From NCBI GenBank assembly GCA_051313645.2, contig JBNRSN020000003.1, forward strand, positions 422,034,001 to 422,098,000: DNA of 64,000 nt. The letters are read 5' to 3'. The position numbers and the translations under genes were made by a program. This DNA is from Centroscyllium fabricii. Lineage: Eukaryota. How positions within the stretch are numbered: the first letter of the stretch is position 1; each line of letters begins with the position of its first letter. This document shows positions 23,505 through 35,821 of this stretch, piece by piece. The notes below the pieces were generated by a model, which made no database searches, had not been told where the DNA came from, and saw only the letters and a list, made by a program, of their open reading frames with translations.

Positions 23505-25849
23505 TAATGCCAACATCACTTGGACATTTAAAAAAACAGAATTATCTGAGAATCGATGACATTGATTTAACTTCTGAAAGAAAGGCTTATTTCATGAGTA
23601 CCAGAGATGATCCTTCTTTCAGAATACAGATAAACGCAAAAGCTGTTAGATGCCTGGCAAATAGGCATATTAAGTTCTGCACAGATTTAACCCATGTTTG
23701 CCTGACCACTGTTGAAGACAGCACCTTGCTTTCATCAACAATGACCAACTTTGGTCCGCATAATAGTTGCTGCATTTCAAAAATAACATGTGAAGTACTT
23801 GGAGACATGTTAACATGATATGAAGTTCTATGAACTCAACTATAAATACAATTTGGTTTTGTAAAAAAGATTCAATCGATCTCCACTCCCACTTCACAGA
23901 ATTGGGTATTAAATGGGCACGAAGCACGAGATCACTGCATAGCTTTCCCCCCCGCCCCCCCACAAATAGGCCTTTTTATTAACATAAATGTAAATATAGA
24001 GGCTTTCAATGTGACGACACCCAACAGTAAAAATTTGCCTTTAATCAATTGCCATTTGGAGAAAAGACAACAAATTCAATATTTTTTATGATGATTGTAA
24101 TTTTCATTAAACAAGGAAGACAACATTAAGTAACAGGATGTGCAAACCCCAGAGGAGTAGTCAGATCATTAAAACCTTAAAAATATGTTTATCTCAATAA
24201 AATTACGAATTAAAGTAAATAAAATGTGTACATACAAATACACTGAAGATAGTGAATAATTTCACATTTTACATTTTTTTTTAAATAAGAGGTAGGTTAC
24301 AAAATAAATCGTAGATATTTAGAAAAAAGCTTGGGTTTATTTATTTTTTAAACATACATTTTTAAGTTACTGAAATCTGTCAAAGAAAAAAACAAAACAA
24401 TTGTTTCTACTTTCCAAAGCCCCCCAAATTGCAAACTAAAACGGGAATACATCTAAAATTCATTCTATGGTCCAAAAGCTCCAGAAGCCACAGAAGCAGT
24501 CAATATTGTTAATGTACCTTGTTAATTTGATGGGATTTGTCAGGTAACTCCACTGGAAAATTATATAAAACTGTTCCAGATGAACAGATGATAGTGACAT
24601 GAATTAAACTGATAGAACAATACCAGAATATAAACCAGAAATGACACCTAAAGTGGCTGTTGATTTATTGCCATCCTGAGTTTAGTTCTGGGCTTCCATG
24701 TATATTAGTGCTACAAATCTGGGTCCATTTAGCAGTGAGATGCTCGTACATACATCACTAGCTCCTGCTCCAAGCCAAGGTCATTCCCCATTGCATCAAT
24801 CTTTTCAGCAAAGGCTACTCCGCTATTCTACTCGTTTTTACCCATTCGGGCTTTGAATTTTTTGGGGGGGAGGGGGGGAAAGAGGATGATCGGATAATGA
24901 AGCTGTTTCTACTACTACTTCCTAAATCATCTCATCATCTTTAATTTTAAACACTGCTGAATTATTCAACTGATTTAAAGAAGTTCACCATTTAATGCTT
25001 TTGGCCAATCCCTTTTAGTAAAAATAAAAGTATGCGAATAGGAAACTTTTCTTCCTGTCTTCCAAAGTACAGTGTGCAAATTAATAAATTTATGAAATGG
25101 CAAAAAATTAAGGTATAATGTAACAAAATCATATTACATCTTTACATGGCAAAAGTAGTCACTAGTTCAGTAAGGATGTATGCTTCATGTACTTTATTCA
25201 GAGTTTTAGTTGGTATTAACATCTCGCTGTGCAGTCTGCAACAAACTCATTTTTAAAATAGCAAAAATAATTGTTGTTGGTTTAGATATTGCCAATTTTC
25301 ATTAATCATGAACAACATTCATTTTTGTTGGAGATAAAAAAATACTTTTCACTGCACTAGTTAAACACAACTGCTGCTTCTGGAAGTTTGTCAAGTTAAA
25401 AATGTTACCTTTACACACTAAGGCGTGAATAGCAGCTTCTTTGCAAGTTTTGTTTTTGTTAGGTGTCGTCCAAGGCACTTTAGAACTCAAAAGTATGGAC
25501 TTAAAATGGCAGACATTGCCACAGGAATATAAAGCATTACCTGAAAAATTAAAGCATTGTGCACCTTTTTACAGTTAATTCTTTATAAGATTATTTTCTC
25601 ATTTGCCAAACAAAAGTGCAATTTTTGGGGGATTTAAAAAAAGAGACATCAATAGGAAGCTAAACGCCAAATAAAAAAACCAGGTGTGAACTGGAAGATT
25701 GCTTAATACATGAAAAAATTTCCAAGCACTTTATTATTGCTACTATGATGGTTTACTTTTGGTCCGATTCAGTTGCGTGAGGAAACTGCGAGCAGATAAC
25801 TTTTTGAAAACATGATGAATAACGTATTGTTCAGATATGGAGATAGAAA

Positions 25850-26250
25850 ATACTTGCATTTATATAGTAACCTTCATGTCCTCAGGATGTTCAAAATCGC
25901 TTTGGAGTCATTGAATTATCTTTAAGTATTGCCAATGTTGTTTTGTAGGCAAAAGCTCATTTGCACACAACCAGGTCCCACAAACAGCAATGACATAAAT
26001 GACAGAATAATTTGTTTAGGCGTTCTTTGGTGAGAAAGAAATGTTGGCCAGAACACTGGGAAAACTCCCGCGCTGCTCTTCAAATGCGGCAGGGGATCAT
26101 TTACCACTCGAGAGGGTGTCTCGGTTTAACATTTTATCTGAATGACTGAATCTCTGACAATGAACAACTCCCTCAGTATTGTACTGAAGTGTCACCCTAG
26201 ATTACGTGCTCAAGTCCTGGAGTGGGGCTTCAACCAATGACCTTCTGACT
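25850..26250 (-). mobile_element. Ancient Deu-domain-type SINE
   Basis: ACTTGCATTTATATAG tail and a core colinear with 22450-22872. Confidence 0.65.
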
Positions 26251-26547
26251 GTAGACAGGATATGCTGTGAGCACTCTTTGTAGCCAATAGACGCTTAAGA
26301 TTTTCCTCACAGTTTTGATCAAATAGCCCAGCGGGAAAAAAAGGTATCTTCCAATTATCGCTACAGCATACTGGCCTTCAAATATCATGGCAACCCAAGT
26401 CACAGTAAGTAGTGAAGGAAATCCATTTTAGAATCATCAATTACACTCTGGATGGAACAGGTTTGATGGACGGAATGGTTTTTATTCGCTCTGGATTTTC
26501 TTAAGGCTCCAGTACCAATGTACACCCAGAAATACGTTAGCAAAATA

Positions 26548-27582
26548 CAGGTTGAGCACCGTTAATCCGGTAACCGAAAAGCCGGCAACTTCAGTCGTCC
26601 GGCACAAATTGCCCTAACTGCCCTGCGCATGCGCAAAATGGCCGCCACGATCGAGGCTTCGGCGAATGATCTGCGCATGCGCTCGCCGGCACATGCGCAG
26701 ATCATTCGTCGAAGCCTCAATCGCGGTGGCCATTTTGCGCATGCGCAGGGCGACAAGACAGGAGAGGACAGCAGAGCCCAGTCCAGCCTTTGATCAGCCA
26801 GCAGGCCCGGCACATTCACACTCACCGTCCCGATGACTTCAGGAGACGCCGGCCCCATGGAAGGCAGCAGCGACTTGGACTTGGGAGGCTGAGAGCTCCG
26901 GCGCCTCAGAGTCGCTGGGAGACGAGGAGGAGGCCTTCTCCGACCTGTCGGATGAGGAGCAGATGCCCCACATCGGTGTTTAGCGCGTGCCCTCAACCGC
27001 GCTTGAAACGGGGACAAGTCCTGCCTGGCTGGCCTTGATTGCGTGGGGGGGGGGGGGGGGGGGGGGTGGTGGCAGGAGGTTTGTGATTGGTGGAATGACC
27101 CGTCAATCCCGTGGCTGGGGGAGGGGAGGAGCCTTGTGATTGGTGAAGCAGCCGGTCAATCCTGCGGCTAGGGTGATAGGAGGCTTGTGATTGGTGGAGA
27201 GGCCTGTCAATCCCGTGGCTGGGGGGGAACAGGAGGCTTATGATTGGTGAAGCAGCCTGTCAATCCTGTGGCATGATGTGGAGGTGCCGGTGTTGGACTG
27301 GGGTGGACAATTGTAAGAAGTCACACAACACCAGGTTATAGTCCAACAGGTTTATTTGAAAGCTTGGTGATTTCAAATAAAACTGTTGGACTATAACCTG
27401 GTGTTGTGTGAATCCTGTGGCAAGGAGAGGGAGGCGATTTTGTGATTGCAATGTTATGCGCATGCGCGCGGCCATTTTGAATGGCGCGCGCATGCGCACT
27501 GGCCAGCTTCATTCTTCCGTATTTTTCGCTATACCGGCCAGGGCCCAGTCCCGCCCGTGCCGGTATAACGGTGCTCAACCTG
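26548..27582. mobile_element. Tc1/mariner MITE family A, long subtype with nested insertion
   Basis: TA|CAGGTTGAGCACCGTTAAT...TAACGGTGCTCAACCTG|TA; contains NRF1/YY1-like motifs, four GATTGG..GTCAATCC units and the insert at 27274-27410. Confidence 0.88.
27274..27410. mobile_element. Short PLE-derived element (second family) with fold-back end
   Basis: Starts GATGTGGAGGTGCCGGTGTTGGACTGGGG like 35653 and 55082; ~40-bp inverted repeat; 12-bp TSD AATCCTGTGGCA (27262-27273, 27411-27422). Confidence 0.75.
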
Positions 27583-27858
27583 TACTGCAGATGCTGGAAA
27601 TCTGAAATAACAACAGAAAACGCTGGAGAAACTCAGCAGGCCAGGTAGCATCGGTGGAGAGAGGAACAGAGTTAATGTTTCAGGTCGATGACCTTTCTTC
27701 AAAACTGGAGAAGCCAGGAGTGGGGATAGATTTTAAAGCTTGTGGGGGCTGGGGAAGCTGGGGGGGGGGGGGGGCTGAAAGAACAAAGGAAAGATCAGTG
27801 ACAGGCTAGAAGGTAAGAGATCTTCGGAGAAATTGAAGGAACACAGGATGGCTCAGAA
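27583..27858 (-). mobile_element. Penelope-like 3' terminal remnant
   Basis: Closely similar to 667-930, including the poly-G tract and the hammerhead-like motif. Confidence 0.8.
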
Positions 27859-27989
27859 TACACCCAGCAATAGACAATTGTTGACAAACAGCACCTAGAA
27901 TTTCAGCTTACATGAGTGAAATTAAGACTCCATTTCATATGTCATAAAGATAGAAAGCAATTCTGAAAAAGGTCTAGCTAAACTGAAGG

Positions 27990-28500
27990 AAAAAAGGACA
28001 AGTGAAAGGCAGCTTTGGCAGTGCAGCATTAATATATGGACCTGCTGCACTATGGAGTGGGAAGATTCACGTTTTTGTATATTTACCTAAAGAGGTGGTG
28101 ATGAGGAGAAATACATGTCCTCTAAGGGAGAGAAAGTTGTAATGAAGGAAGGAATTAAACTATATCATTCTTGCCCACCCAACCCAGTTAGAGCTCCCAC
28201 CAGCCTTGGTAGAGGAATGGTGTATAGAGCTGGTGGGAAGAAGACAGAGGTGAATAAGTTGGTCAATTTAATAATTTCATGTAGAATTTCTTTAAAAAAA
28301 AGTGTATCAGCAATGTCTAAATTCTTGATGACATCCTTCAGGAAGCTGCCCACAGACACTCCATTTCAAGTTCCCATTCAAAAATCACTTAATTTGCCCG
28401 AGTTTGATTTCAGATGTGGAGTTTTCCCTCATTCAGAAGGTGATTGGTCTGAGGGGAGAACACATGCAAAATGTGCATGTGGGGTGGTCACAACGAGAAT
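27990..28500 (-). mobile_element. Possible decayed DIRS-like tyrosine recombinase fragment
   Basis: Minus-strand LFTSVFFPPALYT, then SHSI and a frameshifted C-KAA, recall DIRS YR motifs (LPVFFPKPH...AHSTR...ICKAATW) in the expected order. Confidence 0.25.
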
Positions 28501-28957
28501 ATCATCAACTGGCACTCACAATAACACGTTGGCATTTTGCATGTCTTAATAATGCAACACCAGGATCAAGATTCTATAATTGTGACAAGGTTGTCCAGGC
28601 ACCGTCAAGACTCAACACTGTCTGCAATTAAGGAAAAAGATCTGGAGAGCGAACTTGTAAATTGCTCTCCTACTCGAGGACAAAATCAATTCTGGTTTCA
28701 CTCTGGAACTACATTCTCTACAAACATTGCTAAATTTTAAAACCTTTGTATTGAGAAAACAGCAAAAAATGTTTCAACCCTATTAATGTGTTAAACACCA
28801 TTGCCTAGTCATCACAATTCCTGTCTAATTGTTAGTAACAGATATAAATGCCAACACATTTAAAATTTGGCTGTAGATTTGCTGACTAATATACCCATGG
28901 AAAAAAAACTTTTTCCTATTGAGAAGTGGTGCTTGAAATTTGAAAAAGGGGGCAATA

Positions 28958-29299
28958 CAGGTTGGGCACCATTAATCCAGCACCCTCGGGACCAGACTGG
29001 TGCCGGACCACTGAAAATTCCAAACCACTGAAGGTTCGGGGGGAGCGTGCGGGTAGAACACTCCCCGGGGCCCTGAGCGCGCGGGTAGAACACTCCCCGG
29101 GAGGGAGCTCAGGGATAGAACACTTACAAAACCTAAAAAAGCAGAAACCCAAATGCCAGACGCCTTCAGCGCTCGCTCACCCTTCACGGGAAATGGTGGC
29201 GCCACCGAGCGGCTGCTCCGCAAAATGAAGAGCGCCAGTTTCCAATCGTGCCGGACCACCGAAGCTGCAGACCATCAGGTGCCGGATTTGCTCAACCTG
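28958..29299. mobile_element. Tc1/mariner MITE family A, short subtype
   Basis: TA|CAGGTTGGGCACC...TGCTCAACCTG|TA; reverse-complement similarity to 23166-23504. Confidence 0.85.
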
Positions 29300-30469
29300 T
29301 ATTAATTTTGGTTTTTGTAACAAGTTTACTTATTTGAAATAAAATCTGTAAGGCTAGAAATTATATGAAGAGATCCTGCTTTTTGTGTACATTAACTTCA
29401 TGGTGAACATCAATACCGTTGGAAGAGAGACCCAGACACATTTGTATTTACCATGTGGTAGAGTGTACCTTACATAAAGCAGACAGACAGAATTAAAATA
29501 TGACTGAAAACTCACATTTATAAGCACATTGAAAGGTGCATTAACCCCTGAAAGCTGTACTCACAGGTCAGTCCCATCAGTACTGAACAAGTTGAACCAT
29601 TCATTTCACCTAACAGCTCCACTCCCCTTATATCATTTATCTTTAGTGATAAGGGATGACCTTTTCAAGCTTTCTGTTCTGACAGCTTCCAGATGCAGAG
29701 AGGTAAAAAATTCTCCTCGAAGCAAACTAGCAGCGACTGGCAAAAAAAAGTGAGCTTTGCAAAATAGTTTCTTATGTGAAGGGTAGCATGCAATTTCTTC
29801 ACTTTCATCACAAGAGTACAAAACTTTGCACAGCAGCTAAAAATTCAAATAGGATATCATATTGAAAAAACTTTTCCATAGCACCTGGCACTGACAAAAC
29901 AATAATACTCAGAATCACAGAAATGTCAGCCTTTGGCCCATCACAATTAAGCCAGAGCTACCTTAACATTGGATTCAGCTAATTTAATTTAATTTCCCTG
30001 TACTCCTTTAATATTTTTCATCTTCAAGTGCTTAATTTCCTCTTAAATGTTGTGGTTGATTTGGCAAATTGTGTTGATTTAACAGCCACTTGTGGTAATG
30101 CATTTCACGTTCTAATAACACTTTGCACGTCGCTCTCATGAGGCTTTTCTGCTGAAGATACAAATCATATAGTATTTCACATGCCTTTCACATTTGAGAA
30201 CAGTGCATATATAAAACTCTTGCTCCAAAAAATCTGTAATTATTAGAGTGCAAATGATATTCAAAAGAAGAAATTAAATGCTTTTCACATTGATAATTTA
30301 AAAAAAATGAAACATTGTGAAAATGTCACCAGTGGTACTGAATATTATTGCTGATACTGTATAAATATTATGTTTATAATTTGCTGATTGAATAGACAAG
30401 GTTGCCTGGACTTGTACATCTGCTAAATGTATCTTCAAAATGTGCATTTCAGAATTGTGTTATATCACA

Positions 30470-31388
30470 GCATAGTTCGCTGATAACTGCAGTGTTCAGT
30501 GCCATTTGCAACTCCTCAGATAATGACGCATGCAGCAAGTCCTGGACAACGTTCAGGCTTGGGCTGATAAGTGGCAGGTAACATTCGCGCCACACAAGTG
30601 CCAGGCAATCACCATCACCAACAAGCGAGCGTCTAACCACCGCCCCTTGACATTCAATGGCATTACTATCGCTGAATCTCCCACCATTAATATCCTGGGA
30701 GGTCACCATTGACCAGAAACGTAACTGGACCAGCCACATAAATACTGTGGCAACAAGAGCAGGTCAGAGGCTGGGTACTCTGTGGTGCGTGTCTCACCTC
30801 CTGACTCCTCAAAGCCTTTCCATCATCGACAAGCCACAAATAAGGAGTAGAAATTCGGGTGCGTACGCGCTGGGTACTCACACGTAGGCCCATCTTCTTG
30901 AGTGCAGCTCCAACAACACTCAAGAAGCTTGACACTATCCAGGACAAAGCAGCCCGCTTGATTAGCACCCCATCCACCACATTAAACATTCACTCCCTCC
31001 ACCACTGGCGTACCGTGGCTGTAGTGTATACCATCCACAATATGCACTGCAGCAACTCACCAAGGCTTCTTCGGCAGCACCTCCTAAACCCACGGCCTCG
31101 ACCACCTAGAAGGACAAGGGCAGCAGGTGCATGGGAAAACCACCACCTCCAAGTCCCCCTCCAAGTCACACACCATCCTGACTTGGAATTATATTGCCAA
31201 TCCTTCATCGTTGCTGGGTTTAAATCCTGGAACTCCCTAGCTAACAGCACTGTGGGAGCACCATCACCACGCAGACTGCAGGGGTTGAAGAAGGTGGTTC
31301 AGCACCACCTTCTCGAGGGCAACTAGGGATGGGAAATAAATGCTGGCCTCGTCAGCGATGCCCACATCCCATGAACGAATAAAAAAAA
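30470..31388 (+). mobile_element. LINE 3' fragment (CR1/L2-group RT C-terminal region), frameshifted
   Basis: TTCGCTGATAAC (decayed FADD), QQVLDNVQAWADKWQVTFAPHKCQ...ILG-VTIDQKRNWTSHI...KKLDTIQDKAARLI; ends in an A-rich tail. Confidence 0.88.
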
Positions 31389-31612
31389 ATTATACTTTCC
31401 GCAGCAATCTGAATAATTCGTTTCTTCGTGTTTCAGTACAATTAATATAATCGACAATATAGCCAGCCATTAAATAATTATTTTGAAACGAGCAATTTAC
31501 GGGAAAGAGGCCAATTTACTTTAGGTAATAATGTTTAAAAAATCTAATTTTTTGTTGTTCTGAAGTCATTGGACATGCATAAAGGTTGCATTTTACAAAT
31601 GCTAAGAATTAC

Positions 31613-31753
31613 CTAATTGGACATCAGTGGTGAATCGAAGCTTGTGAACAATGCTGACTTTGTAAGATTTGTAACGATGACTGCTCAGAATATCCTGCAC
31701 TGTAGTCATATCCAGAGGTGGCTCGTCCTCGGAACTCTCCTCTCCTCTTGAAC
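31613..31753 (-). CDS. MAPKAP1: MAPKAP1/SIN1 internal coding exon (141 bp, phase 1-1), linker and start of PH domain
   Basis: ctgcag|GT TCA AGA...CAA TTA G|gtaatt translates (S)[46 protein letters not shown](G). Matches human [48 protein letters not shown]; phase agrees with both flanking exons. Confidence 0.96.
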
Positions 31754-32434
31754 CTGCAGATAAAAAAAGGAACTGTGAAGTAAAGGAAACCTTCCAAGTA
31801 CAAAAACCATTAAGTACTTGTTTAAAAATGAAATCAATCCAACTTTTAAAGGGATTATCAGCAACGGGTATTATAGAAAAAGGAAAGAATATGAGTTTGA
31901 CATAATAAGCAAATATATTACAGAAAATACTTGAAAGACTGAGGAGTTAACGTTTCACTCATTGAACTCTGTCAGAACTCATTTTTGACTTTCAAATTGC
32001 TATCTCCTCAAACTAATTTAACCCTCTTGAAACACTGACTCCCTCACTGGGACATGTTTGCATTGACACAGGTCAACCTTTGGTACCTTGTTCAGGTGGC
32101 TATTGAAGCCTCAACAGCACTTTCCAATTCTGACTAAGGGTTCACACCCTAAGCGCTGGGGCAGATTTTCAACTTGCTGCCAGGATGTGAAACTGCCACT
32201 GCAGATCAGCTGCCCGTACTAGAAACCGCCAAATATTAATTTCCATTAATTTTAAAATCAGGCAGTTTCCATCAGACAGTTAACTCGCAATGCCAGTTTT
32301 ATGCTTGTGCCGCAAGTAGAAAATCTACCCAAGCAATCCTCTGTTCTCTCCGTAGATACTGATCAAGTGTTGCTGTGTTTCTTTCAGCTTTCCAGCATTT
32401 GCAGTTTTTTGTTTTTAGTTTAAGCACATAAATT

Positions 32435-33171
32435 GGCCCAGAAATTCGGGTGCGTACGCGCTGGGTACTCACACGTACGCCCATCCAAAGTGCCGGTTTC
32501 GTGCATGCACAGCGCATGTGTGTAAAACTGGCACTTCCGATCCCGACAGAAGGTCAGGTATCGGAATGCGTGCGCGGGAGCGGCAGCGCAATGGATTCAG
32601 ATTATTTATTTTTTACGGGTTCTGTGCCCGGCTAAGTATGGAAAAAGTTACGGCTGCTTTTTTTAATGTGCAAAGGCTGGTTTTCAGAAGGTAAGTGGTG
32701 AATTAATTCTTTCTAAAATATTTTTTCTACAGATTTTTTATTTTTAAATGCTTTAAAGAAAGGTATGTTTATTCTTAGCCCCGTTCAAAACTGTAATTCA
32801 TTTTTTCAAAAATTTAAATTACTGTTTAAAATAGTTATGTAATTGATAGTTATTTTTTTAAAAAAGTGATGTTTAAAAAATATATATTTGACGATTTAGT
32901 GATTTTTGGGGCTTGTAGTTTTCATACTTTTGACAGATCTTCCTGTCAAACTTATGAATGGAGCATTCTGTGCTCCCATTGGCTCTCCATGGCCCACGTG
33001 ATCCTGCGCAATATCTTCGCCGCTCGGATCCGGGAGCGCGGCACGCCGGCGGTTGAGGAAGGCCCCACATCGGAATTCCGCATGGGCCCACAGCTCAACG
33101 GCTGGCGCACTAGGTAAGTGCAGGTTGGAGGCTTGCACACGCGGGATGCCTCCGACCCGAATTTCTGGGCC
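32435..33171 (+). mobile_element. Harbinger-type MITE family D
   Basis: ATT|GGCCCAGAAATTCGGGT...ACCCGAATTTCTGGGCC|ATT: perfect 17-bp TIR and 3-bp TSD. Confidence 0.9.
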
Positions 33172-33611
33172 ATTATGTTTGACACACGAAGCAACTGTGC
33201 ATGTTAGAGGTTTTTTTTTGGAAGAACTCACTCTTTAGCAGGACTGCAGCTCTGTTACTTACTCTTGGAGAGTCTTTGTAATTTGATTTTCCAAACTATG
33301 CATAACATGCATTGATCAAAAATGATAAATCAAGAAAGCGATGAACAACCTATGCAGAACTAATGATGTGGAAGTAGTATCTAGCAGAAATTAGTACCAG
33401 TGGCATTACAAACAAGAGACTATTTTCCAGTAGCCCAAGGAGAGAGTCGATGTTTTAAATTACTTAGCAGCACTCTGAGTTCATATACAGAATGTTTCTA
33501 ACAAAAGGAGTTTCCTTTGTCTTTGAAGGCTTTCAATTCTTCCCAAAACACTATGACCGTACTTCCCAATTACTTTCTATTTTCAGTTGTCCCTTTACAA
33601 AACAACCTTTC

Positions 33612-34201
33612 ATAGAACATAGAACATACAGCACTGTACAGGCCCTTGGGCCCTCAATGTAGTGCCGCCCTTAGTCCATCTCTGATTTTTCCTGTCCCCC
33701 CTACTATTCCTTCCCCTCCATGTACCTGTCTATCATCCTTTTAAAAGCACCCAGACTGTCCGCATCCACTATTTCAGATGGTAACCTATTCCATTCCCCG
33801 ACCACTCTCTGTGTAAAGAACCTGCCCCTGCCATCCGTTCTGAATCTTCCTCCTTGAATCTTGTGCTCGTGTCCTCTTGTTGACGTTCTTCCCGCCCTGG
33901 GAAACAGTCTTTGCACGTTTACTCTATCGATCCCCCTCATCATTTTAAACATCTCTATCAAGTCCCCCCTCTTCCTTCTCCGTTCCAGGGAGAAGAGTCC
34001 CAGCTCCCTCAACCTCTCCTCGTATGACTTCCCTCCCATTCCCGGCAGCATCCTGGTGAATCTCCTCTGCACCCTCTCCAGCGCCTCCACATCTCTCCTG
34101 TAGTACGGTGCCCAGAACTGCACACAGTGCTCCACGTGTGGCCTCACCAGTGACCTGTACAGCTGCAGCATGACCTCCCGGTTCTTAAACTCTATTCCCC
34201 T
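33612..34201 (-). mobile_element. CR1 LINE 3' fragment (distinct subfamily)
   Basis: ORF 33704-34246: RGIEFKNREVMLQLYRSLVRPHVEHCVQFWAPYY...LFSLERRRKRGDLIE...FFTQRVVGEWNRLP; CATAGAA-repeat tail. Confidence 0.93.
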
Positions 34202-34671
34202 GTTGATTCTTTTCATTTTGTCATTTAAAAACCTATATAAATGCAAGTTGTTGTTGCTGAAATATTCATTTTAGATTGTCAGATGACTTGTTTCCTCTTC
34301 CTCTGAAGGCACTAACTCCTTCAGTAGGGTATATTTCCATGGACACACGTCAAGCTCTGGTACCTTGCCCAGGTGGGACAGTATCCATGTTCAAGTCTTG
34401 GCTGTGAGGACTGGAAGGCTGCCGTCTGACTCTGGGGACATCATGGCTAAAAACGGATGCTATCCTCTGTTTATCTCCATACATGCCCATTTCCAGTAGC
34501 GATGAGAAGCAGGACTGGTGGATTTGCCCTCATCTAACCCGGAAATATTGTGGGTAGTTGTAGTGCCCCATCTACATTAAAACAGTGACTGTATTTCAAA
34601 GGTACTGCATTGGCTGTAAAGCGCTTTGGGATTTCCGGAGGTCATGAAAGGCCCTAGGTAAAATGCAAAAC

Positions 34672-34975
34672 TATTCCCTCTGGCAAGTGGGTCAAGAACC
34701 AGAGGCCATAGATTCAAACTCATTGGCAAAAGATCTGGAGGGGAGATGAGGATCAGTTTTTTCCCCACTCAGTTGTCGGAATCTGGAACGTGCTCTCTGA
34801 AAAAGCGGTGGAAGCCGATTCCATAAATAATTTTAAAAGGGAGTTGGCGAGTGCTTGAGGATAAGGAACTTACAGGATTACGGACAAAAAGTGGGGGGGG
34901 GGGGGGGGTGGGACTAAGCACGTCTGATCTTTCCACGGTACAGGCTTCTGTGCGGTGAGCTTCTATGATTCTATG
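34672..34975 (+). mobile_element. Old CR1 3' end
   Basis: GGGTCAAGAACCAGAGGCCATAGATT (SRTRGH motif), ATCTGGAAC (WN) and TTCTATGATTCTATG tail. Confidence 0.75.
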
Positions 34976-35652
34976 AAGTTCTCTCTTTTCTATTACTGGC
35001 CCAGCTAAGTACTGATCGGGGCTGAAATCTGGGACCTCCCTGGTCGATACAGGTCAGACAACTACGTTGTCATCTCTGAGCCATCAGAATTTCAAATTCA
35101 TTTTTATTGTAAAAAACAAAAGGAACAACTTGCTGAATTTTGCTCTTAAAGTGAAGATTGTGAACATCTGAAGAATGGAATATTTCCAGTGTCAGCATCA
35201 AGCATGTACAGGTCAGGTACAGCAGTCAGCTGCGGAGTAAAGGACTCTGTACTGCGGCAACATGTCTTCAACCCAATCTCATACAGACTGCCGTTTTTGC
35301 ACCAGTGGAAACTTGTTCTTCATTTTTGCACATCAGCTTTCCTTGCAGCCTCTCTGAGCGAGACATTCTATTGGTGCTAATTAGGGGCCATTTTCTGCTG
35401 TGATCCCATATTGTGGAGATACTGTCCAAACTCCTTTCAAGTTTCCTCATTCCCTCAGAATGTTCACACCCTGGGCTGGGTTGGATTTGAATCGATGTCC
35501 AAAGGTGCAAGGAACACCCACTGGGCTACCCAGAGATCTTCCCTGGTTTCTTTTGTCATCTGATATTTTCTTTCTTTCTTTCACTGTCTTCATTGTTCCA
35601 GTCTTCCTCAACTATCTCTTTCTACGTTTTCGACAATGCTTTCCTTAATCCC

Positions 35653-35821
35653 GATGTGGAGGTGCCGGTGTTGGACTGGGGTGGACAAATGCAAGAAGTC
35701 ACACAACACCAGGTTATAGTCCAACAGTTTTATTTTAAATCACAAGCTTTCGGAGCGTCTGCCCCTTCTTCAGGTGAAAGAGAAGTTGATTTAAAGAACG
35801 CACATATGGAAGGGAGAGTAC
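35653..35821 (-). mobile_element. Short PLE-derived element (second family)
   Basis: Same sequence as the 27274 insert; 11-bp TSD TCCTTAATCCC (35642-35652, 35822-35832); contains a hammerhead motif. Confidence 0.78.
35740..35777 (-). ncRNA. Minimal type I hammerhead ribozyme motif
   Basis: Minus strand TCAC CTGAAGA A GGGGC agac GCTCC GAAA GC TT GTGA: core, stem II, stem I TCAC:GTGA and palindromic AAGCTT stem III. Confidence 0.65.

Noticed and set aside
23195-23818. 207-aa ORF
   Set aside because: The first half is MITE sequence repeated at 28958 and 60199 and the rest is intron; no recognisable domain.
28404-28631. KH-domain-like peptide KVIGLRGEHMQNV
   Set aside because: Short chance GxxG match with no splice context or remaining domain.
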